Source: Flaccisagitta enflata
Taxonomy: Eukaryota
DNA length: 64,000 nucleotides
Assembly (NCBI GenBank): GCA_965153355.1
Contig: OZ231126.1
Location: 22,196,001 to 22,260,000, forward strand
Direction: 5' to 3'
Below the pieces are notes generated by a model. The model worked only from the letters and a program-made list of their open reading frames with translations. It was not told the origin of the DNA and made no database searches. The translations under genes were made by a program, and so were the position numbers. Shown here piece after piece: positions 1 to 15,385 of this stretch; the stretch's first letter is position 1, and every line of letters begins with the position of its first letter.

Positions 1-58
1 AAAAAGTTGATATAAAGATTGGAAAGACAATGAAAATAAAAAACAACAACATGATGAA

Positions 59-519
59 CCGAGTGGGGCTATAGTGAATTGCTTAATGCAATTCACAATG
101 ATGTAAGGGAAAGACGGCATGGTAAAAACCCAGTGATAAAAAGTATTGAGGGGAAAGACGGCAAAGATGAAAATGTAAGCAAGGATAGGAAATGACGACA
201 TTAAAAACCCATACAAGGGAAAGACAGCAGTGATGAAATCCTGAAAAAGAACTTAAAAAAAGATATTAGATATAATGTAAGGAAAAGACGGCATGATAAA
301 AACTCAGTGATGAAACAATTGAGGGGAAAGACGGCAAAGATAAAAAGATAAGGGGAAAGACGGCAAAGATAAAAAGATAAGGGGAAAGACGGCAAAGATA
401 AAAAGATAAGGGGAAAGACGGCAAAGATAAAAAAGCTATGATGAAAAGCGGAAGGATGAAAAAAAACTACTTGATAAGCCGTGTGGGGCTACAGTGAATT
501 GCTTAACGCAATTCACAAT
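59..519 (+). repeat. 420-bp-period repeat with terminal hairpin and internal ~30-bp tandem units
   Basis: CCG(A/T)GTGGGGCTA(T/C)AGTGAATTGC-ttaa(t/c)-GCAATTCAC at ~59-96 and ~479-516, with GGGGAAAGACGGCAAAGATAAAAAGATAA units between them. Confidence 0.7.
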
Positions 520-913
520 AAAGAAAAGTAAATCACAAATAGAAAGCATATTCGAAGGAAAGCTCGAAGATTAAAGAAGACATTCATGGATAAATTGCGT
601 GTTCCAGAAAAAAGGAGGAAAGAACGGGAGGAAAAACGGAAGGCAAAGAAATCGGAGGAAATATGAGGAAATGAATAGACCAAGAAGAAAATGAGAACAA
701 ATGGGGAAAGATAATGAAAGAAAAAAAAAAAGGATGAGAAAAACCCTGAAATTGGCAGGTGAGACGGCTTGATAACTAGTAAGACTAAGTCTCTAAGGTA
801 TGGTTTTTATATCAAATGATAAATGAATGCTTGAAATTGATTGTCGAAAGTTCAAAGAATAATGTCATTTGCAGTTGGTAATTCTTGATTTCCTCCACAG
901 GTTCCAAGTATCA

Positions 914-1595
<682 letters not shown>

Positions 1596-1982
1596 GAGAG
1601 GGAGATATTAGGAACAAAACGAGAAATAGACAAACAAACTTTTTAAAAACCAGTAAATGATATCTTGCTTACTAAGCGGTAAAGGGACATTTTACTCACA
1701 TTTATTAGTTAATATGATAGACAAACACACAAGCAGGTAGGTCAGGAATAGTCAAGTAAAGACAACAAAAATATTGTACAAAAGAGAGAGACACAGTAAC
1801 TTAGGTAAAATCTCTTTTGTTGCAGGCATAGCGTTTTTTACCTTATGCTGTATGACGGAGAAGTGATGATAAAAGGGGCGGAAACAGAGTGTGAGAAGTG
1901 GAGGGAGATGGTGATGGTTATGCAATCAATGCAAATGATGATGTTGTTCGACGATGGAGAGAAAATCAAGACAGCAGAAGTA

Positions 1983-2156
1983 CAGATGAACCCTGCAACA
2001 ACGGCTGTCTAGGGACTAAAAAGTTTGATCTTTTACAGGCAAGTTTATGTTATAACCAAAACAAGATAAAAAAGAACTGACATGAAGAGACAAAGGTTTC
2101 CTACCCGTTATTGCCGGATTCCCATTTCTTGGTTCAGCATTAGCCGGGTGTAACTG
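1983..2156. mobile_element. pogo/Tigger-like MITE remnant; relatives at ~15000-15075, 44690-44886, ~47875-47940 and 54376-54428
   Basis: ta|CAG(A/T)TGAACCC... start, internal AGGGAC motif and inverted end ...GGGTGTAACTG. TA-flanked CAGT-type termini are typical of Tc1/mariner-pogo MITEs. Confidence 0.45.
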
Positions 2157-2634
2157 TTTACTAAAAGATTGAACCAACAGTTGTTAAAGAACAAAGTGTT
2201 CCGACAGACGGACGGACAGACGGACGGATGGACAGACGGACGGATGTACGTTGGGAAACCGCGACTGAAAATGACCAAGACAATAAAGGGCACTAGGAAA
2301 ACCGCACCCGGTGACTGAAAATACAGCGTAACCGCACGACTGACCGACCTACGGACCAACCGACGAACCGATGGACCCAATTAACGCCGGGTTGTACTTA
2401 ATTGGCGCACCAAAATTCCTGTCTAATTCGAGCACGAAGAAAAAAGAGTCAAGCTGAATAGTAGCTTCGGAAGGGGGAAAAACAACCATTTTTCCGTGAT
2501 TTCAAAAGTGGAGGACAATGCCTCTGAAATGAATAGGAATCAAGTCGGAACTTTTTTTTGGCGGGAAACATTTCTTTTTGTGTGTGAAAACGTGAGAAAA
2601 TGGAGATGGCAGCAAAGTTGAAAAGTCCATTCAC

Positions 2635-3570
<936 letters not shown>

Positions 3571-3574
3571 TTAA

Positions 3575-4325
<751 letters not shown>

Positions 4326-5263
4326 TTAAGGCCATTGGAAAAGGAATGAAAATCAATCACAATCTTTCTTAACTCATTTGCATATTGTAGCATCTTCATA
4401 CGAATTACGTTATTCCAACTGTCACCTTTTATCTCGAATTAATCGAGCGTCCATTGGTTAGTCGTAGGTTACTTTTGTTGATTCTGAAAAAAAGAAAAAG
4501 AAAAAGATCCTTACAAACAAAAAATTATCATGCTTAATAAGAAATTTGTCATTGAAACAGTCAGTGTATCATATTACTTGTCCATCTATAAATAACAGAG
4601 GATCTCACAAGTTTTTGAAATTGTCCGATGTATCGCCATGCTGGTTCCGTGGCAACGCTTTGGAACTGGCCAAGAGTCATGTCCTACGGCCCGAATATCT
4701 CACCGTGTCTCGAGAACATAACAAAAAGGCTGCAAACTAGCACGGATGAATTCAAACTATTTACACGCCCTAATAACTAAATGAGGATGGAATAATTACA
4801 TTCCTTATTTTAATGTATCTGAACTGCTTACGTTTCTTAATGTGACGTATCTGAAAATTGAGCTACAAAGTACCAACATTATGTAAAAAATGGGCAGTGT
4901 TTACACGCCAACACAAAATTCTATCCACTATCCTCAAGACAAGTAACGCGGGGTTACAATATCGTCGCGGACGCGAGGTCAACGTATAATTCCCCCTCTT
5001 TACTCTCACACATAAATACAAAACACAACTACTTTTAAACTTGATTATGACAGCCCAATGGACGGACCAGTGGACGGACCAACGGTTGGACAAAGCCTCT
5101 CATGGAGTCGCGAGCCCACGACCGAAGAGATCTTTTCGAATAAAGCAACTGACATAAGAATGAGACGCAAAGACGGACAGACCGACCTAACGTCATCCGA
5201 ATAAATAGGGGGAAATTCATAAAGGTACATCTAGATGATATCAAGGTAAGCCATAGAATGCAA

Positions 5264-6330
5264 ACAACCCTACAGGCTCGGAACACAAATGAATTTAGAA
5301 ATGAGTTCATATACCGTAGATCTCGTCTAGACTTGAGATAATGGAGAAAACAATTGAAGCCAAAAGGTTGACATTTGAAATATAAACTAATAAGAGAATA
5401 TTTTATTCCCATGGAAACCAAGTTCCTTGTATTCCCGCTGAAATAACAATATTTTGAGAGATTCTTAGTCGCTAGCTATGCGACTCTACACCCCCCTATG
5501 CCAGTCTGTCGGTCGGTTAGTCCGTCCGTCCGTCCATCCGTCCGTCCGTCCGTCCGTCCGTCCGTCCGTCCGTCCGTCCGTCCGTCCGTCCGTCCGTCCG
5601 TCCGTCCGTCCGTCTGTCCGTCCGTCCGTCCATCCGTCCTTCCGTCCTTCTGTCCGTCCGTCCATCCATCTGTCCGTCTGTCCATCCGTCTGTCCGTCCG
5701 TCCGTCCGTCCGTCCGTCCGTCCGTCCGTCCGTCCGTCCGTCCGTCCGTCCGTCCGTTGGTCCGTCTGTTGGTCCGTCGGTGTGTCTATTACACTTTACT
5801 TTTTTTGGGATTTTTGGTTTCACTGCTCCTGCCCAAATCATCTGGTGACCTCAATTACGGCCCCTGCCCACCCGCATGCGACTGGGGTAGCCGTATATCC
5901 GGCCTTGTTTGAGGGAACATGGCTTAAAATCAAATAATACTTCTGTATTCAAATACTGCCTGTTTGGCGGTTGCTAGGGTATATATCCATGTGTGACAAC
6001 CCTTAGCAATGGCAAAGCAAATGACATCACTACAGGATACAGTTTGGGAAAAAAAAAGTTGTAGCAAATTGGATTTTAGACTATGTTCCTTAAAAGATCA
6101 CTCCCAATATATATATAATATCAAGAATACTTGAAAATGTGTTTCCATGGCAACTGACCATTATGGGCAATAAATCATAAATTTATAAGTTTATTTTCAA
6201 ATATGAATTCCCTTCCTTCATGTGTTTTTCAATAATGCTTTCCCCCTTATCTCAAGTCTTCACGAGATCTACTGTAACTGAAAACTTTTTTATGCCTTAT
6301 AGGCGAGTAGCGAGTGCGCTCTAGGGTTGC
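5264..6330. mobile_element. Old fold-back TIR element interrupted by a HINE-like insertion
   Basis: Degenerate inverted arms: TAGATCTCGTCTAGACTTGAGATAA (5317) vs TTATCTCAAGTCTTCACGAGATCTA (6247), CAACCCTA vs TAGGGTTG, CCATGGAAAC vs GTTTCCATGG. Confidence 0.5.
5465..5910 (+). mobile_element. HINE-like element, family A
   Basis: TTAGTCGC...GCGACT 5' hairpin, long (GTCC)n, and CCCCTGCCCACCCGCATGCGACT...GCCGTATATCCGGCCTTGTTT 3' end. Confidence 0.75.
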
Positions 6331-6453
6331 TCCACAGTGGTATGGATCAATATGATTTCGATGAATTTTGCAGCTATCCAAAGACTACGTACTATAGAAT
6401 CATAATAACGGCATCTACTTAAAAACACTTCGTTTGAACAATGTAGGCAACTT

Positions 6454-6564
<111 letters not shown>

Positions 6565-6580
6565 CACACACACACACACA

Positions 6581-6746
6581 CCCTCACACTGGCCCTGAAT
6601 GACCACCTATCAAGCTCCTAGGCCTATCTCAACTCTATCTACCCATAACCACCACCTTCCACCCTCACACTGGCCCTAAATGACCACCTATCAAGCTCCC
6701 AGGCCTATCTCAACTCTATCCACCCATAACCACCACCTTCCACCCT
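6581..6746 (+). repeat. Tandem duplication of an ~80-bp unit
   Basis: CCCTCACACTGGCCC...CCACCACCTTCCA occurs twice. A related sequence lies in reverse orientation at ~48770-48840. Confidence 0.85.
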
Positions 6747-8817
6747 AGGCAGTGTACAGACAGGCCGATAGACAGAGCGACACAAAACACACAGACCAAA
6801 AAAAGTGAGAAATGCCGCATATGCACTTGGGAGCATCTCTGCGATGATGAGTAAAACACATTCAAAACTTTTTTTCCAGCTCCATGAGTGGAAAACTTAA
6901 AACAATGGACGTACGGCCTTCATGGATTTTTTTTCTTTTTCCTGTCTTAGTTATACAATTTTCATGTTCGTCCTCGCACATCTTTAAGAGGGCATGTTCG
7001 TTTGTTGGTTGGTTGGTTAGTTGGCTGGTCCGTCGTGCATTTGCTTAAACCAAGCAAAGTGGACGATTCCGGCCTTTGTTTTCCCTCCTATTACCTTCAT
7101 ACATTCGCTCTATTCAGTCTTTCAACCATTTCATTTGTTTCTTCTCATGCTTGTTCTTTCATGCATCTATGTGGGGCGCTTATCACTTTTCTTGCTCTTG
7201 AAGCGAAGTAACGGTCGTTTAAACCCTTATAAAGCAACTGAGGCCGAATACAAGCCAGACTGAGCTGAGCCCTGTAACACCGGACAGTGACTACTGACTG
7301 CAATGGTTAAGACCTAAAAGATAGCATGTGCATAGTCATCAGCCTGAACAACCCTGACACACAAGCAAGTTATAAAGTGACGTCTCATTGACTTCATGCA
7401 TCATTTTTTGGTTGTAATATAATGTTGTCCTACACATATGGCAGCCCAAAAGTAGTGACCTTTATTAACATGCACCAATTATCCAAAAATGCTTTATATC
7501 CATCCAGATGAAATTTCTAACCTAGAGCTTTTTTAAGAAGGGCGTTTTTTAAAAACACTTTCTTTTTTTAAAGAAGGAAATGCATTCCTCCAACGCATCT
7601 CGCTCACGCTTATCCTGTCCTTGAATCATCCCAACTTTTAACCAACTTCCTTCCACTTTCTCTAAGTCGTCTTAGTAATAGTTTAACGACGCCTTTATGC
7701 AAATCAGGTCAAGAGGCGATGATGCTGACCGGAAACTTTGGCGCCGCTGAAGCCATCAAAACGGATTCTTTCGTGCACTCAAACTGAGCATGAGTTAGCC
7801 TGAAGCTTTTGCTGAATGTCTTCAATTCATGCTCTCAAACAATTAACATTTACATGTTGATGTTTTGGGTTTGAAGTAGAGAGTAACAGATTGGTCAAAC
7901 ACAATAATGAAGACAAAAAGAATAAGAAATACAGACAAAGCTAGGAAATCAATTGTGCACAATACATCCTGATTTTTTCGCATGATAGATGTTGACTTTT
8001 CCATATATTTACTCGCTGGCTAAGGATATGTCCCTTGAAAGGTCTGCAGTGAAGTTGTTTGCGATCACGTGAAATTGGCTGGAATAGTGATTTCGGAGTA
8101 TTACTGCCCGGCCTTGCCACATGATAGTCCCCACCTTGCCCCGTACTGCCCCTGCCCACACGCACTAATGCCCCTGTCCACCCGACAGCGACTTCCTTTT
8201 GGCCGTGGATCCGGCCTTATTCTGCATACATGTTGATAGACATTTGATTGTCTTGCCACTTCGACACATTTGTATCTAATATCAGGAAAGAATGTAAAAT
8301 AAATGAATAGCAGGATAGATAATCTGAATGATTCAAGTTCTGTGGTGTTATCTTTTATGCTATCAATAATAGAAATCATTTACAAATACTATTCATCAGT
8401 CCTTCAAGCCTTTTATGGCGCTTGAAGAAAAAAACTCTGTCCACACAATATCTATGACCAAAAAAATGTACTGACTACATTCAGTAAGTCGGAAATTCAG
8501 TTCCATGACTGCTATGAGGTGCTAATCTATCAAAGATTTTTTACAAATTAGTCAAAAGTTGTTTTCGGCCCAAATCTAAACCTCAAGGGAGTTGGGCCAG
8601 AATTTGAGTCAGAATTTAGCTTGATGAAGGACCCGCTTGGCCAGAACTTTGGTATTTGAGATATCTATTGTGAGCCTTCCAGGGCAATAAGGAAATATGG
8701 GGCACCATGGCCTGGGCCACAAAGAAGCAGTACAAAGAGAGGGGGGGGCGATGCCAAAAGAAAACCGAAATATAGTATATAAGTCTGGGGGTAAAAGTAA
8801 CATATGAATCGATCACG

Positions 8818-9997
8818 CTAAGTAAGATCGTTTTCCTTTTCACCAGCATGTATCTTTTTGTGTAGTGCGAGAGTATTTGCGGCTTGATAGGAACACGGGC
8901 AGAGTTCGCATCTGAATGCTTTTATGTAGGCGTGGGCTCTTCTTTTGTGCGTCATTAGATTATGTTTGTATTTGGAAGAAAATGGGCAAACGTCACATTT
9001 GAATGGTTTTTCATTTGCGTGGGTCCGTTTATGTGTTTCCAATCCGTTCCTTTGAGTGAAGGCTGCAGGACAAAGCTCACATCTGAATGGTTTCTCACCA
9101 GTATGTATCCTAATGTGTTTCGTCAAGTGGCCGGACTCGAAAAATGTATCTGCACAAAGTTTGCATTTGTATGACCTCTTACCAATATGCTTCATCTTGT
9201 GTACAGCTAATGTAGTTTTACTGAAAAAAGACGATTGGCAAGTATCACATGAAAATGGTTTTTCGCCAGTATGGGTCCTCTTGTGTAGCTTTAATTTGCC
9301 ACTCTGGGAGAAAGCGGCAGGACATAAATCACATTTGAATGACTTATCTTTATCGTGGATCTTCTTGTGTCTCGTAAAAGCAGTTTTTGATGCATTAGAG
9401 TATGGACAAACTTCACATTTAAATATCTGGTTCGTGTGGCCCTGCAGATGTTTGGTCATATCATGTTTTCTAGCGAAAGCTTTAAGACAAATGTCACATT
9501 CAAATGGTTTCTCGCCAGTATGGATCCTCATGTGCGTGTTTAATTGACCTTCTGTATCATAAGCAGAGGTACAATGATCACATTTGAATCGCTTTGAGGC
9601 AGTTTGATCATACTCCTTTTCACCTGCGTGTGTCTTCCTGTGTCTCGTTAGATGATTTGCGCTTAGGAATGTGGACGGGCAAAGCTCACATCTAAATGGC
9701 TTTTGATCGGTGTGCATCCTCTTCTTGTGAGTTTTCAGATTCGAGGTGCTTGTGCATGCCATAGGACAAACATCACACTTAAATGGTCTTTCACCCGTGT
9801 GTTTCCTTTCATGTTTTGTGAGATCACCCCTGGTGGAGCAAGCGTATGGGCAATGCTGACATTTAAAAGGCTTTACACCAGTATGGATCCTTGTGTGTTC
9901 TATCAAGTTGCTCTTAGTTATGAAAGCCAAATCACAAAGATCGCATCGAAATGGTTTTTCTCTCTGACCGTCATGCTGTCTCTTGATGTGAATTTTT
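8818..9997 (-). CDS. C2H2 (Krueppel-type) zinc-finger array, 13 complete fingers plus the C-terminal half of a 14th; 3' part of an interrupted gene
   Basis: ORF 8818..10068 gives repeated F/Y-x-C-x2-C-x12-H-x3/4-H units with TGEKP-like linkers (FRCDLC...HTRIH-TGVKP through FRCELC...HKKIH), ending at a stop at 8818. Residues upstream of LKIHIKRQH derive from an inserted repeat, so the true start is not visible. Confidence 0.9.
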
Positions 9998-10509
9998 AGT
10001 CGCGTGCTACGCGACTCAATAAGGCACTTTTCTGTCGGTCCGTCGGTCCGTCGGTCGGTCGGTAACAAAGCTTTTTAAAAGGCGTTTTACACAAAATAAA
10101 GACATTTTAAATGTTTTTGAATGTTTCTAAGACATTTTTAAACCTCTATAAGCCACTCTTTGGTTGGTCAGTTGGTCTGTCGATCTGTCCGTCTGTCTGT
10201 CACGAAGTTGTTTAAAGGGTGTTACAGCCAATTTTAATACATTTTAAATGTTTTTAAATGTATTTATGGCATTCCTACACCTCTATTAGCCACTTTTTGG
10301 ACCGTCTGTCCCTCCATCTGTCTGTTCATCCATCTGTCCATCTGTTGGTCCGTCCATCCGTTTTTCCATTGGTTTGTCACAAAGTTGTTTTTAAGGTTCT
10401 TTTTTGCTAGTTCAAAGGTCTTTTTAGATGTTTTAGTCTGTTCATCTGTCTGCCTGCCTGACTTTTCTGAAAGTGACGACGCACGCGACTTAGGTCTAAT
10501 GACCTTGTT
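9998..10509 (+). mobile_element. HINE-like non-autonomous Helentron element inserted in the ZNF coding sequence
   Basis: 5' hairpin AGTCGCGT-gct-ACGCGACT after a T-run, (GTCC/GTCG)n tracts, subterminal repeat GCACGCGACT and 3' end GACCTTGTT. No TSD. Same family as 33643-33896. Confidence 0.75.
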
Positions 10510-11080
10510 AAATTATAATTTTGGTGAAGGGAAATTACAAAATGACATAGAAAATGGTTTTTCTGTCCAATGAGTCCCTTGTATGTGCTATGCAAATTGC
10601 CTTTGACCCACATGCAATGTAAGTGACGTCACATTTAGAAATGTTTTTCTTCTGTGATTCATTGTGTGGCTACCAAAGCAAGAGAACTTTGAAAGGCCTA
10701 GCAACTTACATACAAATGTTCCACAATGTGATCTTTATGGTTGCTCAGCGATTTATAACTAGAAAACGAGGAATAACATTGACCACACACAAATCGCTTA
10801 GAGCTTGCGCCGATCGTCGTGGGTTGTTCCATGTTTGCAGGTGATCGGAAATATTTCGTGTGAGATCTAAGATGACGGTCGTTTCTGGTTTTGTAACTGA
10901 GTCTATTCCCTTGATGACTTAGTCACTGTCGAGATAAAATTTGAATGCATTTTCATCAACTGATGCACCATCGTTACTTTCACATGTGCATATGGATGTA
11001 CAAAATGGTTTACTGATGTGAGTTTCAATTTGTGATAGGACACGTTCTTTCTCGGAGAAGGAAGTGGGAAAAATTTTCAT
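10510..11080 (-). pseudogene. Frameshifted 5' portion of the same zinc-finger gene
   Basis: Manual translation gives finger remnants in changing frames: KRFVCGQCYSSFSSYKSLSNHKDH, KCDV..ACGS/KGNLH, THWTEKPF and ...HQNYNL. The last joins in frame to KIHIKRQH at 9996 when 9998-10509 is removed. Several stops and frameshifts are present. Confidence 0.7.
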
Positions 11081-11432
11081 TTTTGTCGCTCCTCAATCAT
11101 TTTGAGAGCCCATGTTGGATTCGCAGTGGTATGTTGTAGCGCTTTTTGCCAAAAAAGGAAATGAAATTATTCATCTTTGGCAATATATACAGGTTTCTAT
11201 GTTTTCATACCCTAAGATGAACTACCCTTAAGGGTATACGCCAATAAGCATCCGTTGAAATATGTTGTTATAGAGCTTCAAAGGGTATCTTTCTTTGACG
11301 AACGATGTTGATAAAATGGCCCTGCTATCGATTGATTTCTCATTTGATTCGTGTATGAACAAATATACCTTTCCAGACATAATCGGCAATTGGCGGTGAA
11401 AATAACCTCGCAAAATTGATAGGTAATCTTGT

Positions 11433-11622
<190 letters not shown>

Positions 11623-11864
11623 ACCGACAGAATTTTGATATCGAAGCAATCTTCAAGGCTGCCATATGTTTTGATCTAGTTATTGGCAGCATACAGACTA
11701 AGATGAGTGGCGGTTACAAACTTTTTAACCAATCAATGCAAATGATAAGGTACCAAGTTAGGAAAATGCAGGCGAGCAAAGGCGGGTTAGTGAGCGAGTG
11801 ACCAAGCAAAAGGGTTGCCGTTTCATTGATGAAGGATATGTCTTCCTCGGTTCACAGGACTTAC

Positions 11865-12153
11865 TCTAGGTTGTGGCTGGAACTCTTTACGTTGGTATTC
11901 TAAATTGAGATCTTTGACCAAGGCTTCATTCCCCGTTCTCATGTTTTCATGCCAGTAAAAGAACTGTATGATGCCACGATGCCTGCAATGCCCACTTGCC
12001 TGCCCACAATGGCAGCTATGTTTGTCGTATGAAGCTGAAAACCATTAGATGCTTGCCCTAACTCTTTTATCCGATTCTCGATGACAAAACTGCAATACGA
12101 TAACAATAGCCGAGAATTTTTCTGCAAGCTTGCTTTTTTCCTCTTGAGGCTCA
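11865..12153 (-). pseudogene. Exon-like segment with one in-frame stop and a CxC-x6-CxH (SWIM-like) motif
   Basis: Bounded by ttttcag| (12154) and |gtaagt (11864). One frame reads EPQEEKSKLAEKF...RASI*WFSASYDKHSCHCGQASGHCRHRGIIQFFYW...EFQPQPR. Confidence 0.3.
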
Positions 12154-13316
12154 CTGAAAATCGAGGGTGATTTTGAGCATTTTAGCTCATTTAGCTCATT
12201 TAGCTAAGTCTTTTTTTATGTTCCATATGTGATAAATGAATGAATATTTTGATACATATTCAAGAAAGCAGATATAAGAAAGCATGTCAGTGAGTAGAGC
12301 TGCTCATCTGTGAGGGCTTTTTAAGTATTCTAGCTCATTTAACTCATTTCGCTCAGTTTTTTTTTATTTAAATGAATATTTTAATTGAGCATGCAAATAC
12401 AAGAAATCATGTCAGTGAGCATAGCTGGTTATCTGGCACCCTCGGTAATCGGCGGAAATACAACGGAGTTTGCAGGTAAACTCCACAAATGCGGTTGTCA
12501 ATTTCTGGTCTTAGGGTCAAATCCGAGTTCTATGAAAACAATTATAGTTTTCCTTCACAACATCAAAAATAGCAATTAAGAGCATATGTAATGTATGAAC
12601 GCACCAACAGACAGACCGACCAATGTAAGGACCAACTACTGAAAAAATAACCCTCTTTAAAAGTTGTAAAAATGCTTTTCCAAGCAAGATTGGGTTTCGC
12701 ATTGAGACTTGTTATGTTATGAAATGCTAGATTTCTGTAAGCCATAGAAACTTACAGACACAGAAGCATTTCATGATGTTTTGTCTTTAGAGTAGCTGCC
12801 AGAGATAAATTTTGCTTAAAGAAGGAACTTGTAACCTTAAAACTACCAAATAAGATTAAAAAAACATCGATGGCATTGATGGAGTTTTCTTTATACTTTA
12901 TTCTATTTCCCAAAAAAACAAAACAAATTGAGATGCGTGCTGTTTGAGTGATTTTGAGTATTTTAGCTCATCTAGCTTATTTGACTCAGTTCTATTTTCT
13001 ATGATTTTCCATGCAATTGATACATACAATTGCATTTGATTTGATCTAATCAATAGAAAAAATTGCAGTAACTGAAGAGAATGCTTTGTGAAAAATGACC
13101 AATGCTTACAACTTTTTCCCTCACGGCGACAGCCGCCATTACTGGTATGATATACCTCTATTTGACTGACTCTGTGTCTGTCTATCTCTCAGTCTGTCTG
13201 TTCACTTTCATTCTGCCCTTCGGTCGGTCTGTCCATATTCTCTTGTTCTCTGTTGTTCAAACATTCCCTCTGCCTGCCTTTCAATTTCCGAATTTGTCAG
13301 TTATTTTTTCCTTTTA

Positions 13317-13426
<110 letters not shown>

Positions 13427-13934
13427 ATTTTCTGCAATATTCAACTCGAGCGTGACCGACCGACCGACCGACCAACCAAGCAACCGACCGACAGACAGAG
13501 GCTGTTATAGAGGTGTTACACCAGATCGGATACACGGCTACCCCAGTCACCTGCGGGTGGGTAAGAGCTGTAATTGAGATCACCAGAGCATTTTTCGCAG
13601 GAGCAGCGACGCCAAATACCGCGAAAATATAAAAAAAGTAAAATATGACGGACTGACTCTCTAAATAAGCATGTGAGTGGGTAGTGAGTGAGTGAATAAG
13701 TTAGTGTGTGAGTGAGTGATTGCGCGAGTGAGTATTTAAGTCAGAAAAAGCACTACTTAGTGAAATAATGAGTGATTAAGCAAGTGAGTAAATGGCTGAT
13801 TGAGTAAGTAAATGTGTTAATGGCTGATTGAATGAGTGATTGAGTGAAATGGTGAAAAAGTAAGTGAGGGATTGAGATAGTGAGTGTGCCCGATCTATCG
13901 TGACCGAGTCAGTTGGTGAGTGAATTTGTGGTGG

Positions 13935-14110
13935 AAAGCGGAGGGGGGGGGGGAGCGGGGGGGGGAGCAGGGGGGGGGGGAGCAGGGGGGGAAGTGAGGC
14001 GACGAGTTATGAAAAGAATCTCGGCGTGAATATAACCGTAGTTTGACGATTCAAAGCGTAATTTCTTTTGAAGGTCATATCGTTTGTTCGGTCGTAAAAT
14101 GGCGGAGGAA
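13935..14110 (+). promoter_or_regulatory. G-tract cluster plus YY1-like motif, possible promoter
   Basis: Four long G runs separated by agc/agca (13940-13992) and AAAATGGCGG at 14096-14105, in a CpG-containing patch. Confidence 0.25.
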
Positions 14111-14347
14111 ATTGTTTCCACGTTCTAAGCTTGAAATTTCTATCTGATACTGTACTGTCTCATTATTACTGTTTTTCTGTACGTTCCTCTGAATTTCGTC
14201 TGAATGGAAATCCCATAAGCCGTCCATTGGTCATTCCATCATAAATTCACTTTTTTTGCTCTTTTATTGGCATCCCATCATTTTTCCCAATCCAGAAAAT
14301 TAAATTGGAAAGGATCCCTACGGCTTTGTATATGTGTGCGCGCGCGC

Positions 14348-14730
<383 letters not shown>

Positions 14731-15240
14731 TTAGTGCTCTCTGTTTCCCATTTCATGCATCAGAGCAGGCACAAAGCATTTTTTCCCCTTGTGCGGTTGA
14801 GTTTGTGCGTGCGTGTGATCATTTTCCCATTCAAGCTTTGTGTGCGTGCACACTTTATCTTTACATTAGGTCATTACATTTTCAGCTCTTTTCGACAAAG
14901 AATTTGTTGACGTAACTAGTTCCTCAAAATGAGGAAGCAAACAAGGCAGCCGATTGCCACATTCAACAAAGCAACGAATCGCCATTCTTTAGTATGATAC
15001 AGTTGAACCCCGCTGTAAAGGACTCGCTTTTAAAGGAATTCCGCCGTTAACAGATAATGATTTTTGGTCCCTTCAGCTTGTTTTCTTTTATTTCTTATAA
15101 AGTTGAGCCCCGCTCTAGCGGAAGAAAAGGAAAAGGAGAAAAGGAAGAAGGAAAAGAAGGAAGAGAAAAAAGAGAAAAGAAAAGATAAAAGAAAAAGAAA
15201 AAGGAAAAGAAAAAAGAACAAGAAAAATTAAATATATAGA

Positions 15241-15385
15241 AAACAAGGCCGGATACACGGCCAATACTGGTGCGGATAGTTGGGCTCTTTTCCTACTCAA
15301 TCATTTCCGGCGGACCAACGAGACCCGATGGACCGACAGACCGGACAAAGCCTCTTATAGAGTTGCGTGTCCACAGCTACAAAAG
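15241..15385 (-). mobile_element. Short HINE-like element
   Basis: AAACAAGGCCGGATACACGGCC at one end and CTCTTATAGAGTTGCGTGTCC at the other, matching family A termini. Confidence 0.6.

Noticed and set aside
7575..8460. Coding-like minus-strand fragments downstream of the ZNF stop (e.g. YKCVEVARQSNVYQH)
   Set aside because: Short, interrupted by stops and a repeat fragment, with no complete domain.
9998..10068. N-terminus MLPTDRRTDGPTEK... of the 416-aa ORF as the native ZNF start
   Set aside because: It lies in the inserted repeat and begins at a TTG, and the original frame continues at 10510.
12470..12535. tRNA or tRNA-derived SINE (B-box-like GGGTCAAATCC)
   Set aside because: No cloverleaf or A-box could be built.
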